This document shows positions 39,168 through 48,318 of a stretch of 64,000 nt of DNA, piece by piece. The stretch is taken from positions 27,113 to 91,112 of the forward strand of contig JAFTPS010000003.1 of assembly GCA_017463185.1 (NCBI GenBank), in the 5' to 3' direction. Made by a program: the position numbers and the translations under genes. The stretch is from Alphaproteobacteria bacterium (GTDB lineage: Bacteria > Pseudomonadota > Alphaproteobacteria > Rs-D84). The notes beneath the pieces were generated by a model. The model had not been told where the DNA came from and searched no databases. It was given only the letters and a program-made list of their open reading frames with translations. Position 1 is the first letter of the stretch. Each line of letters starts with the position of its first letter.

Positions 39168-39185
39168 CACTCGCGTCTGCGACGC
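39168..39185. repeat. second copy of palindromic direct repeat flanking GIY-YIG gene
   Basis: cactcgcgtctgcgacgc; followed by terminator aaacgcccaaacgggcgttttt. Confidence 0.55.
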
Positions 39186-39220
39186 AGCGCAAATACGAAA
39201 CGCCCAAACGGGCGTTTTTG

Positions 39221-39754
39221 TTATATTGTATGCTCGGATTTGGTCTTTGCCATTTGTACGGTTGGCGAAACATCCGATGGCGCGGCCATTTGTGCAACCT
39301 TAGACTGGGCCATTTCCCATTTGCGACGTGGCTCGCCAATAATTTTGTCATAAAATGCATCAACGATAAAATCAAATGCCGGGATGTCTGTTGGTAATTT
39401 TATCGGGGCGATATTGCGCGGGTCGCTGCCACGAATAGCTTTGTCAAACTGACCCTCGGTCAATTGCGCACCATATTCAAAAATCTCACATAATGGGCCG
39501 GCAACATCTGGTCCAACTTCCATACTTTCAAATCCCATTATATTATAGATACGGGCACCCGCCCCTTTTCCATTGTTATAGAAAACTATTTTAGATAATC
39601 CAGACTGTACACGGTAATATGCGCCCTCAGGTTCGTCTGCAACGCGCCGGTCATTTTTATCAATTCGCTCGCCAATTTTTACGATTGCGCGTTTTGATGT
39701 TTCCTGTTTGCGCAACAGCTTCTGTAATTCGTATATTTTATCTATATTTGCCAT
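39221..39754 (-). CDS. hypothetical protein
   Basis: 177-aa ORF with RBS aaagggaaa; no recognisable domain. Confidence 0.35.
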   Translation of the reverse strand: MANIDKIYELQKLLRKQETSKRAIVKIGERIDKNDRRVADEPEGAYYRVQSGLSKIVFYNNGKGAGARIYNIMGFESMEVGPDVAGPLCEIFEYGAQLTEGQFDKAIRGSDPRNIAPIKLPTDIPAFDFIVDAFYDKIIGEPRRKWEMAQSKVAQMAAPSDVSPTVQMAKTKSEHTI

Positions 39755-40069
39755 AGCATATTTCCCTTTTTATACATAATAAAACCGCCATACGGAATCT
39801 GGCGGTCGGGGAGTTGCTAAATCAGTGTATTAGTGATTCTGTCGCTTTCGGGTTGTCCCTGTTGTATAGCAAACAGCTCCCCGACTTATACAAGTCAGGG
39901 ATAAATCACGATACAAAACCATCGGAATGACATCAGATAACGATGCCATTAACAATTTTGCACCGAATACACTGGGCCTAGCACAGCCCCGAACCCATAT
40001 CCCTATGGATTCAATTCATAGTTTATCACTAAATTTCAGAAATGTAAATTGAATATATTGTTTGATGTT

Positions 40070-41155
40070 TTACTCAAACACGCTTTTGACATCTGTCATT
40101 ATATCACCGGCGCGTTTGTCGGATATGCCGACACGATGTGCGACCGCCAACATATCGGCACCTGTGATGTCTATGCCTTTGCCATTTACAGATGTTGTGT
40201 GTTCCCAAATTCCAGGTGTTCGGGTTAAGTCAAAGACAGGGGAAACATGCCAATCACCGTCATCATATAAAAATGCAAAATTTTTGGTGTGGTCATCGGT
40301 ATTGTTTATCCAAATGTTAAACACCATAAGGCGGAACATTTTTTCAACTTCAACCATATTACGGGTTAATTTCGCAGTCAAAGACAATAAATCAGAATAA
40401 TCAACCACAGGTTGTGTATGGTCTGCGTCCAACAGACCTGCTGCAGAAATCATAAAGACTTTATCGCCATTTGGTTTGCGGTCAAAACGCCGAACCCCAA
40501 AGTATTTTCCATTAAACAATCTATGTTCTGGTGTATCTAGGCCCGCTTTGATTGCAGATTCCATAATATTAAATTCTTGGGCACCAATATCTATTGGGTC
40601 TGTTCGGGCAGGAAATTTGATAATCCAATCCATACCATCAACTTTGCGGAATATTTTTGGACGTGTTCCACCGGACGAGCCACCAATACGAAACAATTCT
40701 TCGGTGATTTTATCTTCTGTGGTTATTGCATTGTCTTCAATGATTTTTCTGACCTGAATTGCAATGTCGTCCAGTTCGGAATCTTTGTATTCTGCAATCA
40801 TTTCAGCAGCAGGTTCAAATTCCAATGCCCCAGGCCCATTTTTACCAACGATTGCCAATCTGTCCAATACAGAAATGCTGTTCGGTGCAATTCCACGCCG
40901 CTGTAATTCACGATTTACCAATAATTGTCCCCAACTGTCTGGCAAAGAATCATTAAAAACACCAAACACACCGTCAAATGGATTGCGATTTGCAATAAAT
41001 ACGCGCTTTTCCAATGGTAATTTAAATGGTGATATACTAAAACCATTTTCCAGCCAACCTGCGTCATATTCAAATGCCATAAGGTTATCAGGGGTCAATG
41101 CCAAACGCCCAACCACCATGTCATGATATTTAACCGTCAGAATTTTATTTTGCAT
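40070..41155 (-). CDS. hipA: HipA-family serine/threonine kinase toxin
   Basis: HipA N-domain (..FDGVFGVFNDSLPDSWG..), catalytic NTDDHTKNFAF motif; start MQNKIL at 41155 overlaps hipB stop by 11 nt. Confidence 0.8.
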   Translation of the reverse strand: MQNKILTVKYHDMVVGRLALTPDNLMAFEYDAGWLENGFSISPFKLPLEKRVFIANRNPFDGVFGVFNDSLPDSWGQLLVNRELQRRGIAPNSISVLDRLAIVGKNGPGALEFEPAAEMIAEYKDSELDDIAIQVRKIIEDNAITTEDKITEELFRIGGSSGGTRPKIFRKVDGMDWIIKFPARTDPIDIGAQEFNIMESAIKAGLDTPEHRLFNGKYFGVRRFDRKPNGDKVFMISAAGLLDADHTQPVVDYSDLLSLTAKLTRNMVEVEKMFRLMVFNIWINNTDDHTKNFAFLYDDGDWHVSPVFDLTRTPGIWEHTTSVNGKGIDITGADMLAVAHRVGISDKRAGDIMTDVKSVFE

Positions 41156-41426
41156 GTTCGCCACCGTCCCGTACAACATCAAATATAGACTGATAATTTT
41201 TACGCACAAACAGGTTGTCAAAATCGCCTTCGTATCCCAGCGCCTGCGATAACTTAATCAGTGCAGTTAATGATATTTCCCCGGTTCGTTCAAATCGCTT
41301 GATTGAGCCCAAAGATACCCCAGAACGCTGGACCAATGTCATTTGCGACATCTTGGCGGTGCGTCGAACGGTACGGAACCTGTCTTTTATTCTGGTTTTG
41401 ATAGATAATATATTATCTATATTCAT
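41145..41426 (-). CDS. hipB: HTH XRE-family antitoxin HipB
   Basis: 93-aa Cro/C1-type HTH (..MSQMTLVQRSGVSLGSIKRFERTGE..) immediately upstream of and overlapping hipA. Confidence 0.65.
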   Translation of the reverse strand: MNIDNILSIKTRIKDRFRTVRRTAKMSQMTLVQRSGVSLGSIKRFERTGEISLTALIKLSQALGYEGDFDNLFVRKNYQSIFDVVRDGGEHAK

Positions 41427-41638
41427 TGTTTGTGCCTGTGTTTAGATATTATATTGTCTATAATTATAATGCAGCGTTGTAGATTTTGCAATAAAAAATC
41501 ATACAAAATCGTTTACAAACGACGGAAAACACGATAAATTATAAAAGCGCCAAGCAAAGTGTCAGGCAAACTGATAAAAACTGCTGAAAATCGGGTTGAA
41601 ATGGGCAGAAAAATGCCAAAAATGGCGTAAACACAGTC

Positions 41639-41654
41639 CCCTTCGCCCGCACCA
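41639..41654 (+). repeat. 16-nt duplicate of tRNA-Gly 3' end (cccttcgcccgcacca): candidate attR of tRNA-Gly islet
   Basis: Identical to 38801-38816; 2.8 kb downstream of the tRNA. Confidence 0.5.
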
Positions 41655-41751
41655 AAAATAGAGCCGACCATTGTGGTCGGATTTATTTTTGGGTTGCCTC
41701 AACAAAAATATCCCCGAACGAGTCGCGCCAGCAGCGGGACGGTTTGGATTT

Positions 41752-43092
41752 TTAAAACTTTTGACGCATAGTAAATTCTGCGCTGAATTTATCAAATTCA
41801 CGTTGCCAAATGTTTGAATCGCGATGCGTGTATCCCAATACTATCGTTGGAACAAATCCCCAAATATCAAATTTGTTATTAGACAAAGATACAGAATAGC
41901 GCTGGGTAAAATCGTGTTCTGTTATTTGTGAAAAACGACCATTATGCACAACCCATTTGTCGTCATCGTATGCTGTCCAATAAAAGTATGGTTCGGCATA
42001 TATGTGAAAACCAAAGGGTAATTCCACCCCCAGTCCAACACCAAATCCAGGTTGCCAATATGAATATTCGGGGGCATTTGCAGATTCGCGTAATACACCA
42101 ACGCGCGCCGCGGCATACAATCGCGCATTAAATGAATAAGAAAATCTCAATTGCGATGAATATGTATTACCAGTCAGGAAATCATCATATAAATCGTATG
42201 AATTATTCAAGTATTGCAAGTATAGACCACCAGATAATTTTCGGGTAAAGTCATAGTTCAAATCCAGTTTTGCACCGACCGACCAATTATATCGTTCCCA
42301 ACCATACCAACGACGATTCCAGACACCGGCCAACCAAATATCCCCACGTTTCCATATATATCGCGGGCCCGAACCAACCGACAGGTATAAATCGTCATAA
42401 TCAGAAATATCATAAATATTGCTGTATATAAACGCGTCTGATTTCCATCGCCAATGGTCGGACAGTTTGAATTCATAATTTCCACCCAATGAAAAATTAT
42501 AACCAATTGCAGATTCTGGGGCGCTTAAATCACGACACATTGGTCCAAACATTGTGTTTACACACTCGGTCCCACCAACCGCATTATTTATATTATTATC
42601 TGGTGCAGCACCAAAATTAAACCAAACATTCCAATTTTTATTTTGGCGCACAATCCACCGGTAATAGTTCATTACTTTACGCACATTATCCGGTAAATCC
42701 GCCCCCGCCATAGCCAGTCGCAAATGATAATCCGCCCGATACCATTGTTTTGTGTGCATATAACAAATTGCCAATTCAAAACGGATACGCGCCAAATCAG
42801 GCTGCTCGTCCAATATTTTATGAAATATTTTTATCGCGGTATTATAATCACCACGACGCGCCGCAATTTGCCCAAGTAAAAACCATCGTTCAATTTCCAA
42901 TGCAGGATTACCTGTTTGCGGAACGGTTATCAATATTTGTTCTGCTTTGTCGTAGTTACCAGCGTCTACAAAATTACCCGCCAACTGTATAACCTGAATT
43001 GTATCCAATTGTATGGTTTTTGTATTGTCCGTTTCTGCCCAGACAAAGCCAGGCAGAAACAACAGGCAAAGAATGATAGCCAGACGTTTCAT
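41752..43092 (-). CDS. surface lipoprotein assembly modulator (Slam, DUF560-like): signal peptide + TPR region + C-terminal beta-barrel
   Basis: Signal peptide MKRLAIILCLLFLPGFVWA, TPR-like ~150 aa, aromatic-rich alternating beta-strand region ending ..FTMRQKF (terminal Phe); 3 nt downstream of a GGSGGG-type lipoprotein gene, as in Neisseria SLP-Slam pairs. Confidence 0.6.
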   Translation of the reverse strand: MKRLAIILCLLFLPGFVWAETDNTKTIQLDTIQVIQLAGNFVDAGNYDKAEQILITVPQTGNPALEIERWFLLGQIAARRGDYNTAIKIFHKILDEQPDLARIRFELAICYMHTKQWYRADYHLRLAMAGADLPDNVRKVMNYYRWIVRQNKNWNVWFNFGAAPDNNINNAVGGTECVNTMFGPMCRDLSAPESAIGYNFSLGGNYEFKLSDHWRWKSDAFIYSNIYDISDYDDLYLSVGSGPRYIWKRGDIWLAGVWNRRWYGWERYNWSVGAKLDLNYDFTRKLSGGLYLQYLNNSYDLYDDFLTGNTYSSQLRFSYSFNARLYAAARVGVLRESANAPEYSYWQPGFGVGLGVELPFGFHIYAEPYFYWTAYDDDKWVVHNGRFSQITEHDFTQRYSVSLSNNKFDIWGFVPTIVLGYTHRDSNIWQREFDKFSAEFTMRQKF

Positions 43093-43095
43093 TGA

Positions 43096-44808
43096 TTATC
43101 TGGTTCCACCAAAGCCCAATTCAACATTTATATTACCGTCACCGCCATTGTCATTAGGACGCCAATTTCCATTATCGTTGACCCATTCCCAGTCAGAAGA
43201 ATTATCCAGGCTATAACGCATTGTTGCGGTGGCTTCAGTTGGGGTGTTATTATCCCCATAATATCCAGCAGTAAATGCCATAGTTTCAGAATCCTTGCTG
43301 ATTAGGTTGCCTTGGTTATCAAATTCAGGTACAACATTATTGTCGCTGGTCAACCCAGATGCTGATGTCACAAGTGTAAAATCATATGTTCGCAAGCTGC
43401 CATCGCCATCAACATCAAATGTTTTTGTTACACGGTCATTATCGTTTGTTTTACCATCACCATTTCTGTCACCAAAAACAACCAATTTATTTGTACCATC
43501 TGCGGATTGCACAGCTTGAATTTTATACCAATTGTCTGAAAAATCTGCGGTTAGTGTTTGGGTGCCTGTATTATCAAATACCAATGTAGCATTGGTATCG
43601 GTCATCATATCGTCTGTCAACGGCACATCAATACCATTTCCATTATATGCCAAACCATCGCGATATCTGACATCTGCAAATGCGGTTCCTGTAAATGTTA
43701 TACTGCCATCATTTGCCAATGTTTTCATATCTTCATTTGATATTTTCTTGGACGCATATCCACCAGCAAAAGGAGTAATCATAACACCCCAAGCATCCAA
43801 AAATTCTCGCACTTCCTGTTTACCTGCATCGTTCAATCCTGTTGTGGCAAACGTTGCGTTTTTAAAATCATTTTTCATGATACCAAAATCGGCATATTTC
43901 AGTCCCAGTTGTTTGCCATAACTGATATATTCGTCATACAATTCAAGATTGATGCTGCCACTAGCGTCGGTTATATTTTCTGTGGATACAATATTTGCAT
44001 CTGGATCTTCGTCGTTCATTTGACTCAAAGGAATCATACTTGCTTGGACAAAGATATTTGTATTATCCCGACGCACAATCACACCATCTGTATCATCATC
44101 AACTGGATATTCAGGCGAACCATCGTCATCATATCTCGTAAAACTGACAGAACCATCATCGTTATGAACCAGATAATCTGGATATTCATACGATACAATT
44201 TTACCATTTTTATCAACATTAAACTTGATTCTTTGCATTTGTGATGTGTATAAGTCCACACCATCCAATGTCATAATTTCTGTTCTTTGTTGCAGGTCTG
44301 CCAACGTTTTTTCAAAATTACTTTCCTTGATACGGCGTGCGGTCTCGGTTGCGTCACCACCGACAAAGCAATACATATCATCCATCAGCTTCAATGCAGA
44401 TTTAATTTTGTTTTTATCCAATTTTGATTTGTTGAACATTTCAACAATATCGCTTTCAGATGTTGTGTCTTCAACCAGCCAAGCCGCCAAATCAATCAAT
44501 TCACGCGCTGTGTCATATTCTGTATCCCCTGTTGGGGTTTTAGGCACAAACGCCCCGCGGGTTGTCGCAACACGTGATAAATTTACATCAGCCGCATAAT
44601 CACCCAATTTATGCGCAACATAACGTGCAACCTGATATTCACTGTTTGAAACCATACCTGTAATTTCTGAATTACTGGTCGCAACCGTATCAACAAATGA
44701 AGAGTTTGGAACAACTGGTTTTTCAAGCATCGCTGGGGCAGAACCACCACCTGAACCGCCACAAGCCGCCAATGCCAAAACAGAGGTTAAAAATGCAATT
44801 TTTTTCAT
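43096..44808 (-). CDS. surface lipoprotein (SLP-type; lipobox LAACGGSGGGS)
   Basis: MKKIAFLTSVLALAACGGSGGGSAP: lipobox followed by flexible Gly/Ser linker typical of Slam-dependent surface lipoproteins; 570 aa. Confidence 0.55.
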   Translation of the reverse strand: MKKIAFLTSVLALAACGGSGGGSAPAMLEKPVVPNSSFVDTVATSNSEITGMVSNSEYQVARYVAHKLGDYAADVNLSRVATTRGAFVPKTPTGDTEYDTARELIDLAAWLVEDTTSESDIVEMFNKSKLDKNKIKSALKLMDDMYCFVGGDATETARRIKESNFEKTLADLQQRTEIMTLDGVDLYTSQMQRIKFNVDKNGKIVSYEYPDYLVHNDDGSVSFTRYDDDGSPEYPVDDDTDGVIVRRDNTNIFVQASMIPLSQMNDEDPDANIVSTENITDASGSINLELYDEYISYGKQLGLKYADFGIMKNDFKNATFATTGLNDAGKQEVREFLDAWGVMITPFAGGYASKKISNEDMKTLANDGSITFTGTAFADVRYRDGLAYNGNGIDVPLTDDMMTDTNATLVFDNTGTQTLTADFSDNWYKIQAVQSADGTNKLVVFGDRNGDGKTNDNDRVTKTFDVDGDGSLRTYDFTLVTSASGLTSDNNVVPEFDNQGNLISKDSETMAFTAGYYGDNNTPTEATATMRYSLDNSSDWEWVNDNGNWRPNDNGGDGNINVELGFGGTR

Positions 44809-44940
44809 TTAATATCCTTTCTGGAATATGTTGTGAATGTTTTCACAAAGCAATAATTAAATCAACCGCTTTTGCGCATCTTACCAATGCACCAGGTCCA
44901 TAGAGAAAGAAAAAAACAAAAAACTTTACAAACAGGAAAT

Positions 44941-45003
44941 CCAAACTGCAACACCAACATAAAAATAAAACGCCCGCATGGGGCGTTTGATTTTTGTGGC
45001 GGA
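44941..45003. repeat. 63-nt direct repeat (copy A) = tRNA-Ser 3'-end (8 nt) + 3' flank incl. terminator hairpin; candidate attL
   Basis: caaactgcaacaccaacataaaaataaaacgcccgcatggggcgtttgatttttgtggcggag; 60/63 identical to 56115-56177 which ends inside tRNA-Ser. Confidence 0.6.
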
Positions 45004-45132
45004 GTATGATTTTATTACGAACCCTCGCATACAAATTCCAATTTTACAGGGAATTTACAGGGATTTGTCCACTATAAAACTCTTGTATTTTTCATATAAA
45101 ATCCTATATGCAATAATAAAGGATAAATAGAC

Positions 45133-45810
45133 ATGAATATTGATGACATTATAAACGCATTTTATAAACTGCATGATTATAAGGGAAAATTCAGATTTAA
45201 TACCCCAGAATATATCAGTTTCCATAGGAATCTCACGGATTTTATCTATGAAAACCACCTGGAAGATACTATGTATTGGAAGAAAATATCCGACAATTTA
45301 TTGTATACAGCAACGGAATATATGACACTGCGAGAAGCTGGCATTATATCAAAAAATCTAGAACTTTTACGACGCCATATTTTACAGACTCGAGACGAAC
45401 CTTTCTGGAAGTATATCCATCCTTTGTTATCGCCAATAACACAACCAAAATTCCAAGCACAACAATATGCCGATTGTGTAGAATCTGCATTCAAGGAAAT
45501 TAACTCTAGGTTAAAAGAGTTATATCTTAAATTGCGAAATACGGAACTAGACGGCAGCACCCTAATGAATCATGTATTTTCGCCTAATAACCCGGTGTTA
45601 ACTTTTGAGAACATAGAAACACAGACTGGCAAAGATGTCCAAATTGGATATATGAACATATTTGCTGGCGCAATGACAGGCATAAGAAACCCCAAGGCAC
45701 ACGGAAATCAGATTATATCGAAGGACATGGCTATAAAGCGATTGATTTTTGCTAGTTTATTAATGGACAAAATAGATGAAGCCATATCGTATTCCAACAT
45801 AGAAGAATGA
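45133..45810 (+). CDS. hypothetical protein, possibly TIGR02391/Hypoth_Ymh family (abortive-infection-like)
   Basis: C-terminal ..FAGAMTGIRNPKAHGNQ.. resembles conserved RNxxAHG block of Ymh family; assignment from memory, low certainty. Confidence 0.35.
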   Translation: MNIDDIINAFYKLHDYKGKFRFNTPEYISFHRNLTDFIYENHLEDTMYWKKISDNLLYTATEYMTLREAGIISKNLELLRRHILQTRDEPFWKYIHPLLSPITQPKFQAQQYADCVESAFKEINSRLKELYLKLRNTELDGSTLMNHVFSPNNPVLTFENIETQTGKDVQIGYMNIFAGAMTGIRNPKAHGNQIISKDMAIKRLIFASLLMDKIDEAISYSNIEE

Positions 45811-45908
45811 TTATATCGCAATAAAGCCGATGTGCTATCTGGGAAAAATATTGACTTTCTGGGAATTATCTGGTAACATCTGGGAAAAATTATAAAAAGA
45901 GTATAAAG

Positions 45909-46967
45909 ATGCCAAATAACCGCGATATTATGATTACACCAGAAATACTGAACGGTATTGCCGAGATTGATGCGTTTAATGGTGCGTGGACCGGTGGGGC
46001 GGTAAAACTGTCCGCGGATGAACTGCGTGTTATGCGCAGGGTCGCAACGATTGAATCTGTTGGCTCATCCAATCGCATAGAAGGCAACCGTATGACAGAT
46101 GCAGAGATTGAAGTGCTATTCGCTAATATCAATCGTCAGTCATTTGCCACACGTGATGAGCAGGAAGTTGCAGGCTATTCAGATGTAATCAATACCATAT
46201 TTGAAAACTATGCGTCTATACCGCTTAGCGAGAATTATATTAAGCAGTTGCATAAAATATTATTGAATTACTCTGACAAGGACACCCGCCATCGTGGGGA
46301 ATATAAAAAAGACAGTAATCGTGTTGCCGCTTTTGATGCAAACGGTAATGAAATCGGTTCTATATTCGAAACCGCTATACCATTTGATACTCCACGTCTG
46401 ATGAGCGAAACAGTAAAATGGGTCAATGACGCATTGGCAGACAAGTTCTTTCACCCTATTATTGCTATTGGGGTATTTGTGATACACTTTCTGTCCATCC
46501 ACCCATTTACCGATGGAAACGGGCGTCTGTCACGCGCATTGACTGTTATGCTGATGCTGAAAAGTGGATACACATATATGCCATATGCATCTATGGAATC
46601 TATTATAGAAGCAACCAAGGACGCATACTATCGTGCATTACGCGGCACACAAAAAAACATCTGGGGCGACAAAATCAATTATGAACCTTGGCTGACTTTC
46701 TTTGTTCGTGCCTTGGTTGCACAAAAGCGCCAATTGGAAGATAAAATTGCGAAGGCACGTGGCACAAGTGCCGCAAAATTATCATCTACTCAGAATGAGA
46801 TTCTGAAACTGTTTTATAAAGCACCAGAATTGACCATGTCACAGATTATATCTGCGATGGATAAAAATCCAGAAACCATTCGCAAGGCGGTACAGGCACT
46901 GGTAAAACGAGGACACATATCAAAGCAAGGCACGACCCGTGGCGTGTTTTACACTTTGCATAAATAA
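45909..46967 (+). CDS. fic: Fic/Doc family protein
   Basis: Canonical Fic motif HPFTDGNGRLSRAL; C-terminal winged-helix-like region. Confidence 0.8.
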   Translation: MPNNRDIMITPEILNGIAEIDAFNGAWTGGAVKLSADELRVMRRVATIESVGSSNRIEGNRMTDAEIEVLFANINRQSFATRDEQEVAGYSDVINTIFENYASIPLSENYIKQLHKILLNYSDKDTRHRGEYKKDSNRVAAFDANGNEIGSIFETAIPFDTPRLMSETVKWVNDALADKFFHPIIAIGVFVIHFLSIHPFTDGNGRLSRALTVMLMLKSGYTYMPYASMESIIEATKDAYYRALRGTQKNIWGDKINYEPWLTFFVRALVAQKRQLEDKIAKARGTSAAKLSSTQNEILKLFYKAPELTMSQIISAMDKNPETIRKAVQALVKRGHISKQGTTRGVFYTLHK

Positions 46968-47055
46968 CCCATAGCCCGCTGCAAAAACAGCGGGGATAAT
47001 TTCTATATTCTTTGCGGCCTACGCGGAATGGATTAATCATCTATGAAGAACGTAT

Positions 47056-47883
47056 ACCATAGCTCGCATTTCAAATCGTCTTTGATATAATTATGGCGTC
47101 AACGATTCGCCACAATCGCGCGTTATAGGTTGCTTCTCAAATCGTCTTTGATATAATTACAGTTGTTGAATATATGCCCGGCAAGACGTTATAGGTTGCT
47201 TCTCAAATCGTCTTTGATATAATACATGTGTTTATACATGGTTGCCTCTGCGCGTTATAGGTTGCTTCTCAAATCGTCTTTGATATAATGCAGATAATTA
47301 AAAATAGCAGTTGCAATCAGTTATAGGTTGCTTCTCAAATCGTCTTTGATATAATAAACGTTGACAATGATTTAGGAGTTGGTGCGTTATAGGTTGCTTC
47401 TCAAATCGTCTTTGATATAATTGTCTTGCGACCCAATGCATACGCACCAGCGTTATAGGTTGCTTCTCAAATCGTCTTTGATATAATACAACTTGAATTG
47501 CCGTTACACAGTACATAGTTATAGGTTGCTTCTCAAATCGTCTTTGATATAATAAACGTTGAAAATGATTTAGGAGTTGGGGCGTTATAGGTTGCTTCTC
47601 AAATCGTCTTTGATATAATGCCCGGTTCTTGTCAACCCTAACGCATTCGGTTATAGGTTGCTTCTCAAATCGTCTTTGATATAATGACCATATATCTTTG
47701 ATGCCGAATTGGAAAGTTATAGGTTGCTTCTCAAATCGTCTTTGATATAATAAGGGGCGTGAAGACTATGGAAGATTTGTTGTTATAGGTTGCTTCTCAA
47801 ATCGTCTTTGATATAATCGTGATGTATGTAAATCGCAACGCGGGTGCGTTATAGGTTGCTTCTCAAATCGTCTTTGATATAAT
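47056..47883 (+). CRISPR. CRISPR array, 13 repeats (first degenerate) of 36 nt GTTATAGGTTGCTTCTCAAATCGTCTTTGATATAAT, 30-nt spacers
   Basis: Perfect 66-nt periodicity from 47122; repeats at 47122, 47188, 47254, 47320, 47386, 47452, 47518, 47584, 47650, 47716, 47782, 47848; degenerate repeat 47056-47091 keeps 3' 21 nt; each repeat ends in extended -10 box TGATATAAT. Confidence 0.95.
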
Positions 47884-47987
47884 AGACACACAAAAAAACC
47901 GCTGATATTCTGCGGTTTTTTGTGTCTATACCGTCAAAAAAATACGTCTGTTTTTGATAAATTCTATTGATTCGTTTTATTTTTTTC

Positions 47988-48317
47988 TTAAAACATCAAC
48001 ATCTGTTGCGTGCCGATTTTTTCGGCAACTGGTGGTGAACCAACCAAGAAAAACATATCTGCAAATTGCTTTTCTGTGACAGTTAACACACGAACCGACC
48101 CTGATGGTGGTGCCAAGTGACGCAAACGCTGAACATGCTTGTCAACTGCAGCAGCCCCTTTGACCATGCGAGAATATATAGAGAACTGCATCATATAATA
48201 CCCGTCGTTTAACAAATCGTTTCTGAACCGTGTGGCTGCATGGCGTTCACGCCGTGTACCAACCGGCAAATCAAAAAATACTAGTATTCGCATAAACTTT
48301 TCCCCTGATTGATACAT
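47988..48317 (-). CDS. cas2: CRISPR-associated endoribonuclease Cas2
   Basis: ..MRILVFFDLPVGTRRERHAATRFRNDLLNDGYYMMQFSIYSR.. Cas2 fold; alternative start MRIL at 48293. Confidence 0.8.
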   Translation of the reverse strand: MYQSGEKFMRILVFFDLPVGTRRERHAATRFRNDLLNDGYYMMQFSIYSRMVKGAAAVDKHVQRLRHLAPPSGSVRVLTVTEKQFADMFFLVGSPPVAEKIGTQQMLMF

Positions 48318-48318
48318 A

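Larger units (their letters stand above)
38817..41654. mobile_element. candidate tRNA-Gly-associated integrative islet (GIY-YIG mini-element, hypothetical gene, hipBA)
   Basis: Bounded by tRNA-Gly 3' end and its 16-nt direct repeat; cargo is TA/nuclease type; no integrase present. Confidence 0.35.

Noticed and set aside
47298-47516. 72-aa ORF (..YQRRFEKQPIT.. repeated) on minus strand
   Set aside because: It is a translation artefact of the CRISPR repeats.
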